DNA from: Naegleria gruberi
Lineage: Eukaryota
DNA length: 64,000 nucleotides
Strand: one strand, 5' to 3'
Assembly (NCBI GenBank): GCA_000004985.1
Contig: GG738854.1
A model generated the notes under the pieces. It had not been told where the DNA came from. It searched no databases and saw only the letters and a program-made list of their open reading frames with translations. This document shows, piece by piece, positions 20,723-33,458 of this stretch. The position numbers and the translations under genes are program-made. The stretch's first letter is position 1. Every line of letters begins with the position of its first letter.

Positions 20723-22714
20723 ATGTTCACAAACCAAAAGCCACTAACCATCATCACATTACTACTACTCGTTGTCTTGTTTGTGTTTGGAGAAGGAAAA
20801 CTGTCTTTCGCTCAGGACAAAGTTCTTGTCCACTCCTTTGCCAACAAGACATCAATTTCTCCTTTTTATTTCATAAACGGAGCTGAATTTCCAGGTGCAA
20901 CTGGTTCCATGTCCCTCATTTCTGATGGTTTCAATTCTGGTACTTCTGCTAGAATTTCATATAACTTGACAGCTGGCGCCTATGTTGCTGCAATTTACAA
21001 TTTTCCAACTCCACTCAGTTTTACAAAACTTACCTTTGCTATTCGATATGCATGTGCACAAAATGTCAAAGTTTCTTTTAGATTGACGGATTCTACTGGA
21101 CAAACTTTCCAAATGACTGGACTAAACATGCCATTCGAATCTTTGATGAAAGGTTGGTCAGAGGTTTACTTTCAACCAACAAATGCAACTGAATTTTGGG
21201 GAGGAGCCAATGATGGAATATTTCACATGCCATTCAAACAATTTTCCATCGTTTTGGGTCTTGTAGAAAAGATTTCCTCAACTGTCGGCTGTCTAGATTT
21301 TGACAATTTCTATGCCATGAATGAAACTCAACCAATTCAATTGAATTTAACTAATAGAGTGGCAGTACCATGGCCAGGTGACATGTTGTCCAAGATGGGA
21401 GTCTGTGTCCATTCAGCAAATACTGCAGAATTGGATGCAGCCAAAAATGCAGGTTTTTCCATGATTAGAATTGACTTGTTTTGGTCATGGGTTGAATCCA
21501 GTCGTGGAAAATACGTCTGGACAAGCTTTGATTCAATTGTTACCAATTTGAAAGCTAGAAATATGACAGCTCTCTTTATTCTGACCTATAACAATGATTT
21601 ATATAAGGATTCGAATGGTGGTTTCAATGCCACGACCATTGAGGCATTTGCAAATTATTCCAGAGCTGCTGCAAAACATTTTGCAGGAACTGGAACGAAA
21701 TTTGAAATTTACAATGAGGCCAATGGAAATGGGTTTACAGGAGCGACGTATGCTCCATTGGCTGCAGCTGCAATTAAGGCAGTTCATGAGGGAGATTCGA
21801 ATGCTAAAGTTTCGACTAGTGGATTGTCTGGATTTGATTATAATTTCTTAATTAATGAGTTGTTGGGTGGTGCTGGACAGGAGGCAGATGCCATTGGATT
21901 GCATCCGTATGGAGTTGGATATAAATCAGGAGTTGGATCGATGGTTGACGGAGCTAGACTTTACAAGAGCTATGTCAGTAAATATTTACAATCAACCAGA
22001 AGTTCCATTCCACCTGTATGGGATACTGAGATGGGTTTAACCTCTACAGATTACGATCCAACTGGAAGCACCAATGGACACAACTCTGTGGCCATGAGAA
22101 TCCAAGCCAATCGTGCAGTTGAAAGATTACTTGCATCCATGGCCGTAGGTTTCGAAATGTTTCAATATTACGATCTGAGAAATGATGGAAATGATCCAAC
22201 CAATCGTGAACACAACTTTGGCCTCCTCTTCAATAATTACACTGAAAAACCAGCTTTTAAATCAGTCAAGCAATTAAGCAAAATGGTTAGTGGAAAGATA
22301 TTCGATTCATTTATTAGAACTGCACCTTCTCCGTTGACTGCCATGAGGTTTGTGAATGAGAATGAAACTCTTGTGATTGTTTTTGCACAAGTTCAGGATA
22401 TTAAGGCAAAGATTGTGTTGGTTCAAACTCCAAAATTGATTCTTGATGTTTTTGGAAATCAATTGACAGCTAGTCAAAATTCATTGACAGTTACCGATAA
22501 GGATGGAGCAATTTATTTGTTGTATGACAATGAGAAGGTAACTCCTAGTAGTAGTTCAGTTTCTCCAAAGGCAACTTCTTCATCAAGTTTGAAACCAGGA
22601 GCTTCGAATAGAGCTATTGGAAAGTCAACAATAACTTCAGATTCAGGAGTTTCTAATAGATTTTATACATGTTTGATCGCCTGTTTGGCAATCTTGATGA
22701 TCATGTTGCAATAA
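20723..22714 (+). CDS. Secreted, probably GPI-anchored clan GH-A (GH5-like TIM-barrel) glycoside hydrolase with an N-terminal accessory domain
   Basis: Signal peptide MFTNQKPLTIITLLLLVVLFVFG. The catalytic acid/base-type motif FEIYNEANG (a variant of the NEP motif) lies in a beta/alpha-barrel-like region. The C-terminus has a Ser-rich stalk and a hydrophobic tail, FYTCLIACLAILMIMLQ*, typical of a GPI signal. It is intronless. Confidence 0.6.
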   Translation: MFTNQKPLTIITLLLLVVLFVFGEGKLSFAQDKVLVHSFANKTSISPFYFINGAEFPGATGSMSLISDGFNSGTSARISYNLTAGAYVAAIYNFPTPLSFTKLTFAIRYACAQNVKVSFRLTDSTGQTFQMTGLNMPFESLMKGWSEVYFQPTNATEFWGGANDGIFHMPFKQFSIVLGLVEKISSTVGCLDFDNFYAMNETQPIQLNLTNRVAVPWPGDMLSKMGVCVHSANTAELDAAKNAGFSMIRIDLFWSWVESSRGKYVWTSFDSIVTNLKARNMTALFILTYNNDLYKDSNGGFNATTIEAFANYSRAAAKHFAGTGTKFEIYNEANGNGFTGATYAPLAAAAIKAVHEGDSNAKVSTSGLSGFDYNFLINELLGGAGQEADAIGLHPYGVGYKSGVGSMVDGARLYKSYVSKYLQSTRSSIPPVWDTEMGLTSTDYDPTGSTNGHNSVAMRIQANRAVERLLASMAVGFEMFQYYDLRNDGNDPTNREHNFGLLFNNYTEKPAFKSVKQLSKMVSGKIFDSFIRTAPSPLTAMRFVNENETLVIVFAQVQDIKAKIVLVQTPKLILDVFGNQLTASQNSLTVTDKDGAIYLLYDNEKVTPSSSSVSPKATSSSSLKPGASNRAIGKSTITSDSGVSNRFYTCLIACLAILMIMLQ

Positions 22715-22786
22715 CTATAAGAAATAGACTATTGTAGAAGTGTTGACATGTCATGACAGAAGAAAGTAATAAAAAAATTACAGTAA

Positions 22787-23604
22787 ATGGGGTCTAAGGT
22801 TTCGTCAGTAAGTTTTAATGAAGAATAGTTTTGTTTAGTATGAAAAAGCAAGCATCTGTCATTTCCGAAACATATGGAATTGAAAAGGATCAAGTTATTG
22901 AACTATTCAAAACTATTGTAAGTGCGGTGAGAAACTATTAGAAACATTAATTTTTATTAGAGTAGAAGATATCCGTATGGATCAGTTCCGAGAGAAAGTT
23001 TAACCCACATTTTGAATTTGAGAAATCCAACAGGTCCAATGATAGATTCGCTATTCTAGTAAGTTTAGAATTGATGGAAATTGTTTATTCGAAATTGATG
23101 TACATCAATAGTTTATTCGATATTGATAATGACGGGGTCATTTCTATTGCGGAATATATTGCAGTGATGATTATGTGCCAGAGGGCAACACCAGAAGAAA
23201 AAGTTTTATTGTGAGTTTAATTCTTTCCATATTTGTATATTTAATATAATATTATTTTTTTATATTTTTTTAAATATTAAAAGCGCTTTTGAAATTTATG
23301 ATACAGATAGAGTAAGTTTCAATCTTCATTTTAATTTTCCAACAAGAAATTCTAAACTTTCCATATATAGACAGGTAAAATTACCAAAGACGAAGTTGAA
23401 CGAATGATTTGGCAATTATTCAAAAGTTTCCCAGCCGAATTTGAGAAAAGTGGTCTCTCAGTCGACCAATTCATTTCTGAATTCTTTCAAAAACTCGACA
23501 CTGACCACGACAACTCAATTTCTCGAGAGGAATTTCTGAAAGTTGTTTTGGGTGATGATTTAGTTTCAAAAGCTCTACAAAATACAATCAATGCTACAAT
23601 GTAA
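22787..23604 (+). CDS. N-myristoylatable EF-hand Ca2+-binding protein (calcineurin B / CHP / NCS-like), about 6 exons with 31-75-nt introns; the 5' exons are tentative
   Basis: The N-terminus MGSKVSS has a Gly2 myristoylation context. There are three EF-hand loops: DIDNDGVISIAEY, (F)AFEIYDTDRDGKITKDE spanning an intron, and DTDHDNSISREEF. The last exon is the ORF 23404..23604. Introns are GT(A/G)AGT...AG and one is extremely AT-rich (23225-23290). Confidence 0.5.
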
Positions 23605-23802
23605 GATATCTTTAAGAAGTGAAATAAGGAAAATGATTTATTGAAATTATTGTGAAATAAAAAAGTCAGTTGTCTGGACTGTACTTTGGTACTTTGTCAT
23701 GGGATAACGTCACGCTCATTTCAATTTCAATGAATATTTCACTTATAGATGGTGTAATAGTTTATACTCCATCACCACTACATTAATAGCAGTGATAGAG
23801 AT

Positions 23803-25599
<1,797 letters not shown>

Positions 25600-25677
25600 T
25601 TTTTTTCTGATTGAAAAATTGCTTAATAATTTACTTCATTCTGATTGGTTTATTTACATTGTAAAGTATATTTAAAA

Positions 25678-26283
25678 TTACTTTTTGATAACTGTTTTTT
25701 GAGAGGAACTCTTTTTTGGAATATTTGGTCCTCCTTTCACTTCTTCCATATGCTTTTGAACAATTTTCTTCAATTGTTTTAAGGTACTTTGAGATGGAAC
25801 AATACCCTTCTTATTGACAGGAGTTGAACTGCTGGAAGTTTTGGTTGGTGGAGGAGGTGCTGATTGACCAGTGGTTGGTAACTTGTTCAACTTGTTAAGC
25901 ATTCTCATCCTGTAAGAAAGTAACATTCTATCAATTTGTTTCAAATTATTCACACGATTGGAATCTTGAATCATTTGAATTCTTTCTCTTCCCTGACGAC
26001 TGACCAATGCCTTCTTTGTGGTCCATTCCTTCTTGTTAATGGTTGCAAGACGAAATTTTTCCCTCTTACAGATGAGACTTGGTCTAGCATTAGAATAGTG
26101 ATGTGTTGGAATTGTCTGGACGGCCCAATCCTTGTTGAAGATTCCCTTTTGTCTATTATCTCTAAATTTCAAGCTGGAGGAGAGATTTGGACGATGTGTA
26201 ACTGTTCTACGATTGAGTGATTTGCGAGCAACTTTAAATCTTGCTAAATGAACTCGTTTAGTGACTGATTGTGGTCTGATCAT
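25678..26283 (-). CDS. Hypothetical strongly basic 201-aa protein (possibly an organellar ribosomal or nucleic-acid-binding protein; family not recognised)
   Basis: A clean ATG at 26283, a single exon and a Lys/Arg-rich composition (pI clearly high). No diagnostic motif. Confidence 0.4.
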   Translation of the reverse strand: MIRPQSVTKRVHLARFKVARKSLNRRTVTHRPNLSSSLKFRDNRQKGIFNKDWAVQTIPTHHYSNARPSLICKREKFRLATINKKEWTTKKALVSRQGRERIQMIQDSNRVNNLKQIDRMLLSYRMRMLNKLNKLPTTGQSAPPPPTKTSSSSTPVNKKGIVPSQSTLKQLKKIVQKHMEEVKGGPNIPKKSSSQKTVIKK

Positions 26284-26427
26284 TTTCTTTTTAGTTTCGA
26301 ATGTTTGTTAGTGGTGGTGTTGAAGTAGAAAAAGTGAAATGGTTTTGTGCTAAACGAGTGTGGTAGTTGATTGCTGCTATTATGAATAACAAATTTGGAA
26401 ATGTTATTTATTTGAACATTTTCCAAT

Positions 26428-29248
26428 TTATACATTTTCTACAACTGTTATTTCCTTCTTTTCGTGGAACTCTTTTGGTACATTAAACAATGAAATTACA
26501 GTTTCCAAATTTTTGCAATAGTCCAAAATTTTCTCTGAACCTGCCATGGAACTATCCAAATAAGATAATTGAGAAAAATGTAAGAATTTCAAGTTTGGGA
26601 AATAATTAAATGCTGAATAATCAATGAATGACATGCCTCCTGATGTAATTGTTAAATGGGTAAGATTTGGAAGAGCACTGGTATTCACACATCCAGAGAG
26701 TTGGCCAATATAACTTGTACAGTGAATTGGAATGTAGGTGCCAAACTTTTTCTTGTAGGATGATCTGTATTGGAGTTCAATTCTTGTCAGTAGGGGCCTT
26801 TTATCACATCCCTTTAAAAATTTGGTGCCGTTTTGTGGCTTTAAGCTGCTAATGTTGCACAATGACAATGATTTCATATTTGGATAATTGGTAGGGTCAG
26901 AAAGGGAATCAAAATACTCAGTATCATAGCTGGTGTCTTGAATTCTCAGAGATTCCAAACTAGTACTATCCTTGAAAATAGAGTTCAGTAGATTTACAAC
27001 ATCCACAGAGCAATTAATAATTTCTAATGTCTTGTAGTTATGTACATTTTGTCTATAAATATTCATCTTGGCTGCTGATATTGTTTGATTACTTTTCCAA
27101 TTTGTTATTGTCAATCGTTGAATTTCAGTCTTAGTATTGAACAATTCAAAATAGCTGACAGATATGGTAAGAGTCTTGATTTGCTTTGTCAATAGAGTTC
27201 TAAAACTATCTCCTTGATTAATTGAGGAGAGAGAGTTGACATAGGCTTTGTCAATAAGTGGACATTCCAAATCTACAATATTTTTCACCCTGTCTAGTAT
27301 TGTTCCATCTGCCACAAAGTTTGGTCCTTGTATACTCAACATTTGAATATCACGTTCCAATGTAAAGTTTGTCAACTGGTTGCTCTTAATGTAGACTGAA
27401 TCAGATCCTCCTTTCAATCCAGGTCCTAATCTCAAGTCATACAAGTTTGGACACTTGATAGTAATAGAATTATAGGTTAAAAGACAGATATTTTCCAGAG
27501 TTGAGGACTCAATTGTAACTTGCTTGTTGTGGTTTGAGGAATTGTTATAAACTAGGAGAGTTTTCAAATTGGGTAATCTTATAAGATTGATATGGGAAAG
27601 AACTTGTTCAGTAGTGTGTAATTCTTCAATATTTACAAGGAGAGGGAAAATTTTGGCATTCTTTTCTGTAATCTTTCCAATTTTTAATTTACGAATAGTT
27701 GACGGGAATTGAATAAGGTCTGACTCGTTTAGTGTTTCCATTTCTAATTCAATCAAATTCTTGAATCTATTAAGTTCAGAAACAATGGTACAACCCTTCC
27801 TATATGATGCTGAATCCACTAACTTTAAAGATTTGATATTTTCCAAATTGGCAACCACTGGTAGCATTTCATCAAAGAAAACCGAGTAGGTAACACAAAG
27901 TTTTGTCACTATTTTGGGTCAGCACATTTCTTTCAAATAAGAACTTACACTTTTTAGATTTGAAACAATATGTCATGTCTTCAGTTTCTTTCATTCTCAA
28001 TAGGAGAGATAGATCCAATCTCTTTAGATTTTCAAATTCGGGCAATTTAGATTCATCAACTTTCAAAATGACCAACTCCTCAATGCTTGCAGGATCTTCA
28101 AATTCAACATGCTTGTCGAAAAGTTTTGCAATATTAGTACCAGTCGGAATGGTTTTCTTGCTTGAAGATCTAATGTCGAGGAATCCCCAAAGTGAGATGA
28201 ACTCTGGTTCAAATATTGACTTGTTGATTTTAGGGAAAACCTGTGCAATGTCAGAGTCATTGGTTTCAATACTTGAATCATCCCAAGCAACTCTATATTT
28301 GGCATCTCTGTATTTGGCATTTGGAAAGACAACACCACTCGAGGCAAACCATTTAATTAGCCTTTGAGGAATGTCCCAAACTGTATAAATATTTTCCAAT
28401 CTCCAAGAAATGTACTTCTTATAAATTTCCACAAAATGCAATACTGAGTAGTCTGCATCAAAATCCAAATTAAAACAGCTCAGAGCACATGGATGCGAGC
28501 TAGCAGTGTGCCATGTTTTGCAAACTTGAGAAGCTTTAAGAAAATCAGAAAAGTCTAAAAAGGAGAAAACAGTAGACCAAATCTCTGGCAATTGAACAGT
28601 GTTCAATAATCCATACTCACTCATATCATGATTCTTTCCACGGAATAGTAATAACTCTGCTGATTTGCACAGATCACCCAATTTTGCAACCTTGTTTTGC
28701 AAATGTTTCAAGATTGTTATAATGCCTTGACGTTCTGCTGATGGAAGGCTTGGATAATTTAATTCCACAGAATCAAGAAAAGCAATTGATTCCTTTACGT
28801 GATTAACAGCTTGCATCGTAAATTCATTATCAAATTTGATTGAATCCAAGGATACTTCAACCTCCTCTTCTTTTACATCCATCATATCATACTGTTCTGT
28901 ATTTTCATCAAGTGGTGTTGATTTATCATTGGCCTCCTCCTCTTCATCAGTTTTATCCTTCTTCTTTGATTTCTTTTTCTTTGGTTCTTCAGCTTCTTCC
29001 TCCTCAACATTTGATGACGATGATGCAGAAGACTTCTTATTCTTCTTCTTTGGCTTTTCCGAATCATCATTCTTTTTCTTTCTCTTCCTCTTGGTCTTTT
29101 CCTTATAATCAGAATCATCCTCCACTTCAATCACCACTCTATCATCCTCCTCTACTTCTTCCTCTTGCTTACGTTCCTCCTCCTCGTGATCATCAGATGA
29201 ATCTGCTTTTGTCTTGGCCTTTTTACGTCTTGCTGTTCGTGGTGGCAT
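26428..29248 (-). CDS. F-box / leucine-rich-repeat protein with an N-terminal acidic/basic low-complexity region; two exons with a 40-nt intron at ~27909..27948
   Basis: The ATG is at 29248 (MPPRTARRKK). Lys/Glu/Asp-rich tracts are followed by the F-box motif LPEIWSTVFSFLDFSDFLKASQVCKTWH. The intron GTAAGTTCTTATTTGAAAGAAATGTGCTGACCCAAAATAG joins in frame (..KSKK|L TKLCVTYS..) to a C-terminal exon of about 490 aa with degenerate LRRs. Confidence 0.75.
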
Positions 29249-29549
29249 TTTTTTTAAAATAAAATCACAAGAACCATAACAATCGAAATGTAAAACGAAA
29301 AGCAGCGTTCTCAAGCATCACGTTTTACATGAATTCCTAATTAATGATGATAAAATTCTCACCACACAACCTGAAGCTATGTGAAGCAAAAACCAACAAG
29401 GCAAAGCTGGCTGATCGATTCAAAGAATCTAGTGAAGATTGACTTTTGGTGTTGACGTGAATGGAGAATGACAGGGAATTTTGCTTGAACGTGATGTATA
29501 AATAATTTACAATGTGAAAAATCATTACAAATGATTGAATGATAAATTA

Positions 29550-30326
29550 TTATTGATAGTAAATGTGATGGTTCCTCATAAAATTTTCCACATCTGAACA
29601 AACAAGATCTTGAATGGATTCTCCTTGTTTAGCTCTCTTTCGAACGAGTGTTGAACTACATTCCTCCTGCATAGTTGTTTCAATATGATAAATATCCTTC
29701 TCCCCTTTTCCTATATTACTCAATTGAGAATGTGATGGTCTCTGTAAAATTCCAACTCCAATTTGCAATTTTTTAGGGAATGACAATACATATCTACACT
29801 TGTTAATATGATCAGAACCACACAAGTAAATCAACTTGATTGGGGTTTGAGGAAATTCCTGCTTGATAAACTCATTCAAAGATATAGAGACTTCTGGGAA
29901 ATCAACAAATCCATCACACTCAACTGATTCCCATGCATCAACACTCAAAAAAGGACTCACATCCAAATGTTCCTTCTCAGCTTGTTCAATAGAAATCTCA
30001 CATAATTTCAATCGAGTTTCTGTCTCTATAAAATCCTCTTGTAATTTACTGGCAACATAACTCTTATGTGAAGGTGATATAAACGCTCCTACAACATGAA
30101 TTCCATATTGTTCCTCGAGAGCCTTTTTACACAAGTAGAATGTCTCAATGTGCATCCTATGAACTGGACAATAACTCCCCGTACTCAATATAATGGCCAT
30201 CTGTGTTTTATTCCAATCTCTACCATCATCATTTTGCTGTTGTTTTTTAAATTTTTGTATATTTTGTTTGACTTTATCGAGTGGAGTTGTCTTGTTATTC
30301 CTATCCGGATTCCTATGAAGAAACAT
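29550..30326 (-). CDS. NMNAT: Nicotinamide/nicotinate mononucleotide adenylyltransferase (NMNAT)
   Basis: The (H/T)xGH-type nucleotidyltransferase motif LSTGSYCPVHRMH and the C-terminal motif SSTLVRKRAKQGESIQDLVCSDVENFMRNHHIY match the NMNAT SSTKIRRAL..GQSIRYLVPD..V..YI..H.LY signature. It is about 258 aa, with an ATG at about 30326 (the listed ORF start is an upstream TTG). Confidence 0.8.
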   Translation of the reverse strand: MFLHRNPDRNNKTTPLDKVKQNIQKFKKQQQNDDGRDWNKTQMAIILSTGSYCPVHRMHIETFYLCKKALEEQYGIHVVGAFISPSHKSYVASKLQEDFIETETRLKLCEISIEQAEKEHLDVSPFLSVDAWESVECDGFVDFPEVSISLNEFIKQEFPQTPIKLIYLCGSDHINKCRYVLSFPKKLQIGVGILQRPSHSQLSNIGKGEKDIYHIETTMQEECSSTLVRKRAKQGESIQDLVCSDVENFMRNHHIYYQ

Positions 30327-30560
30327 GATCAAGTAAATTCAATTAATTTTTTTCTTGTTTGTTGTTACTGAGAACTCTCTTGAAGGATGAACCAATATTG
30401 TAATAGTAGATTGTTGCCACAAAATTCAGAAAAAAAAAAAGATACGTTGTCGCCGCCACATCATCGCATACAAACGATCAATTAATTGGTGCCAAAATTA
30501 CATCATCACACCTTTTGTAAATTAAATAGTTTTTGTCGTCATCAAATTATTCATCATAAA

Positions 30561-33193
30561 ATGCAACGTGTCTCTCCGAATATTAATCTTCATAATGAAA
30601 TTTGGGATAACACTACAACAAAAGACATTCCACAAATATTGAAAAATACATCTCCATCACCAAAGTTTTGGAGAAGAGAGGATATTCTGGTTCCCAATAC
30701 AAAAATTCAGGTAAAAAAGGAAATTGAGACAATTCATTTGTTGGAAGAGGAAGAATTTGATTCAACAGAAAGAGAGGAAGAGGAAGAGTATGAAACGGAG
30801 GAAATTGTGAATCATGATAGGTGTATCCTATTGAAAAATATTTTAAGTGAAGAAGAGTGCGAGAATTTGGTTTCAGTTACTGAAAAATTAGGGTATAATT
30901 CTATTGAACATGAATATGTGAAAGAGTATCGTAATAGTGAGAGAGTTGTAGTGACTAGTAAGAAGCTTGCCAATATCATTTGGGAAAGAATGATGTAAGT
31001 TATCAGATCAGCAATTTATTTTACAATTTCATCACACAACAGCCCACATTTGAAAAAGTCTGATTTCAATGGTGTAAAACCTTATGGTTTCGACAATAAG
31101 GGAAGATGGATTCCAATAGGGCTAAACAGCTGTCACAGATTTAACAAATATTCTGAGAAAACCTTCTTCAAACCCCACATGGATGCTCAACATTGTAATA
31201 ATGATAATGAGAGAAGTATTTTCACTGTATTGATTTATCTCAATCACTCTCTATATGGAACTAGATTATTGAAAAAGGTTCCAAATCCCAACTCAAATGA
31301 TGACCCCTCTGTTATGAGTTTCCAAGAGTTGCAATATGTACAACCAAGAATAGGTAATATTTTAATATTCAATCATGACCTCTATCACAGTGGAGATTCA
31401 GTTCGATATGGTAGCAAGTATATTATTAGAACAGAAATGATTTTCAAAAGAGTTGACTCTGAGAGTATTCACAGAATGGACTATAGAAACACTGAAGAAT
31501 TTTTGAAAGTTAAACAACTTGTTGACGAATCCACAGAATTGGAAAAACAAGGAATGGTCAGAGAATCAACTTTGAAATATTTGAAAGCTCACCAGGCCCA
31601 AGTTGATTTATCACACTCTCTCAGATCGGATAATACTGAAAAACATTATAGCTTTATAGAACAAGAACTTCCAGAAGAAATATTTGCTCATATTTTCAAA
31701 TACCTTCCTGTGACTGACGTTGTAAAGAGCGTGTTTTATTTGAACAGGGATATCAATGAGTATGCAAGAAATGCACAATTGTGGAAAGAATTATATCAAC
31801 AAAAATGGCCTTCAAAGTTGACTGTTAATAACGTTGTTGCATATAAGTATAACTATAATTATTCCAAATCTGAAAATGTCCCACCAAACTATATAGATGT
31901 GGAGAGTGCTGAAAACCAAGCTATTGCAAATATTGAATCAGAGAGAACCAGTATTTTTGGTGAGACGCTCAAAGATTGGTATCAAACTTTTATTTGCAGA
32001 GCTAATATGGAACTTTCGTTTTGTCCTGTCTTGTTAGATATTGGTGCAAAGAATTACAGATTTGGATTGGCTAGAGATAGTGCCTTTTTCACATCTTGCT
32101 CATTAGTTGGGCAACCAGATCATCCTCACTTTTATTTACCTAACTATGGCATGGACGATATTGTGGTTGGTGATAGATACATCCTCACCATTCATCACTG
32201 CTCGTCTTTACCCCTCCTGGCAACAAATGGACAAATAGTAGATTTTAACAACTTGAAGATTCTTTTGTGCCAAGTTTATGGTGATGATTTAAACGTTAAA
32301 TTGAGAGAACATCCACTCCTTCTTGCAGTATCTCCAATGTGGAGTCAAGATGATTTGAACCGAATTAGAAAGATTGTGGTAAGTTTGAAATATTCAATTC
32401 ATTTATTACAAAAAAATTAATAATTCAGTTTGAGTTGGAAATTCCTGCACTATGCATGGTTGATTCGAGAGAACTTGTTTCAAATTACTACCAAAAACCA
32501 AATTCCATACTAGTTCATATTGGTGCCTCCGGAAATATGTGTACTGCAATTCAAAATCACAAGCCTCTTCAGGACACCTTTTCAAGTGAGACTTTAAATC
32601 TGAAACAAATTCTTTCTCAATTTACATCAAGAACTCAATCATACTATTACGAACAATATAACTCATGGGATCAGGAATTACATCAGGGCGCTATTGTTCC
32701 TCCAATCTTGCAGGATGAAGATGTTGCTGCTTATAGGAAATTTGTTTCTGAACTCGGAAGATGTAAACTTGGACAAGAATCAGCCTATAATCGTACCTAT
32801 TTATCTGCAGAACAGAGAGTTTCAATTGGTGAGAGTATTTTACTGTCAACATTAAGTCAATTCACTAAATGCATCCAAACTGTAATCCACTCAACACAAC
32901 TCACCGATTTAGAAAAGCAACAAATCTTACAAAATATTGTGATTGTTGGAGGATTTTCTCACGTGAAAAATCTTACTTCCAAGCTTACTGAACTCATTTC
33001 AAAAATCTACAATGACATTCCTTTCAAAATCACTCCAACCTTCACCTACCAATCCTTCCATGAAGTACAAAGTGTCAATAGAAAAGGAATTAAGTACAGC
33101 CATTTTGGGGCTTGTTATGATGTGATTGGAGGTGCTAAGATCCTCGCCTCTCTCAATAACTTTATCGATATGTGCACTTTTATTGATGAATAA
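30561..33193 (+). CDS. Apparent fusion protein: prolyl-4-hydroxylase-type 2OG-Fe(II) oxygenase domain, then an F-box, then a divergent actin-related protein; three exons with introns at ~30995..31042 and ~32379..32428
   Basis: Exon 1 (MQRVSPN...CILLKNILSEEECENL..) and the start of exon 2 give a P4Hc-like fold, with RFNKYSEKTFFKPHMD (HxD), LYHSGDSV (second His) and KYIIRTEMIF (Arg). The F-box is LPEEIFAHIFKYLPVTDVVKSVFYLNRDINEYARNAQLWKELYQQKWP. An actin fold follows: VLLDIGAKNYRFGLARDSAFF..EHPLLLAVSPMWSQDDLNRIRKIV|FELEIPALCMVDSRELVSNY...VIVGGFS...YSHFGACYDVIGGAKILASLNNF. The region is one continuous reading frame with no stops across the domain boundaries, and both splice junctions are in frame. 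Confidence 0.65.
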
Positions 33194-33458
33194 AACAATA
33201 ATTTCAGAGTCAGTCTATTACATTTGCTTCAGTAACACCAACCTTCACAACAAATTCCAGCATGTGAACCAGCCCTATTCTCAACTTTGCCTAATTCACT
33301 ATCAATAGATGCGCATCAAGCCATTTTAGAATTTTCCTCTTTCAAAATCATAAAAAATTTTAAACCAATCCAAAAATTCAACGCTCCACAAATATTAAAT
33401 TACAAGATAATATAATATAATTGAAAATTGGAAAACAATAAACACACTAAACACACAT

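Noticed and set aside
23605-23802. Definite SECIS element call
   Set aside because: AUGA cores are present on the minus strand, but the spacing to an apical AA and a 3' GA quartet could not be reconciled with a Form I or II SECIS by eye. It is left as a prediction to be tested with SECISearch.
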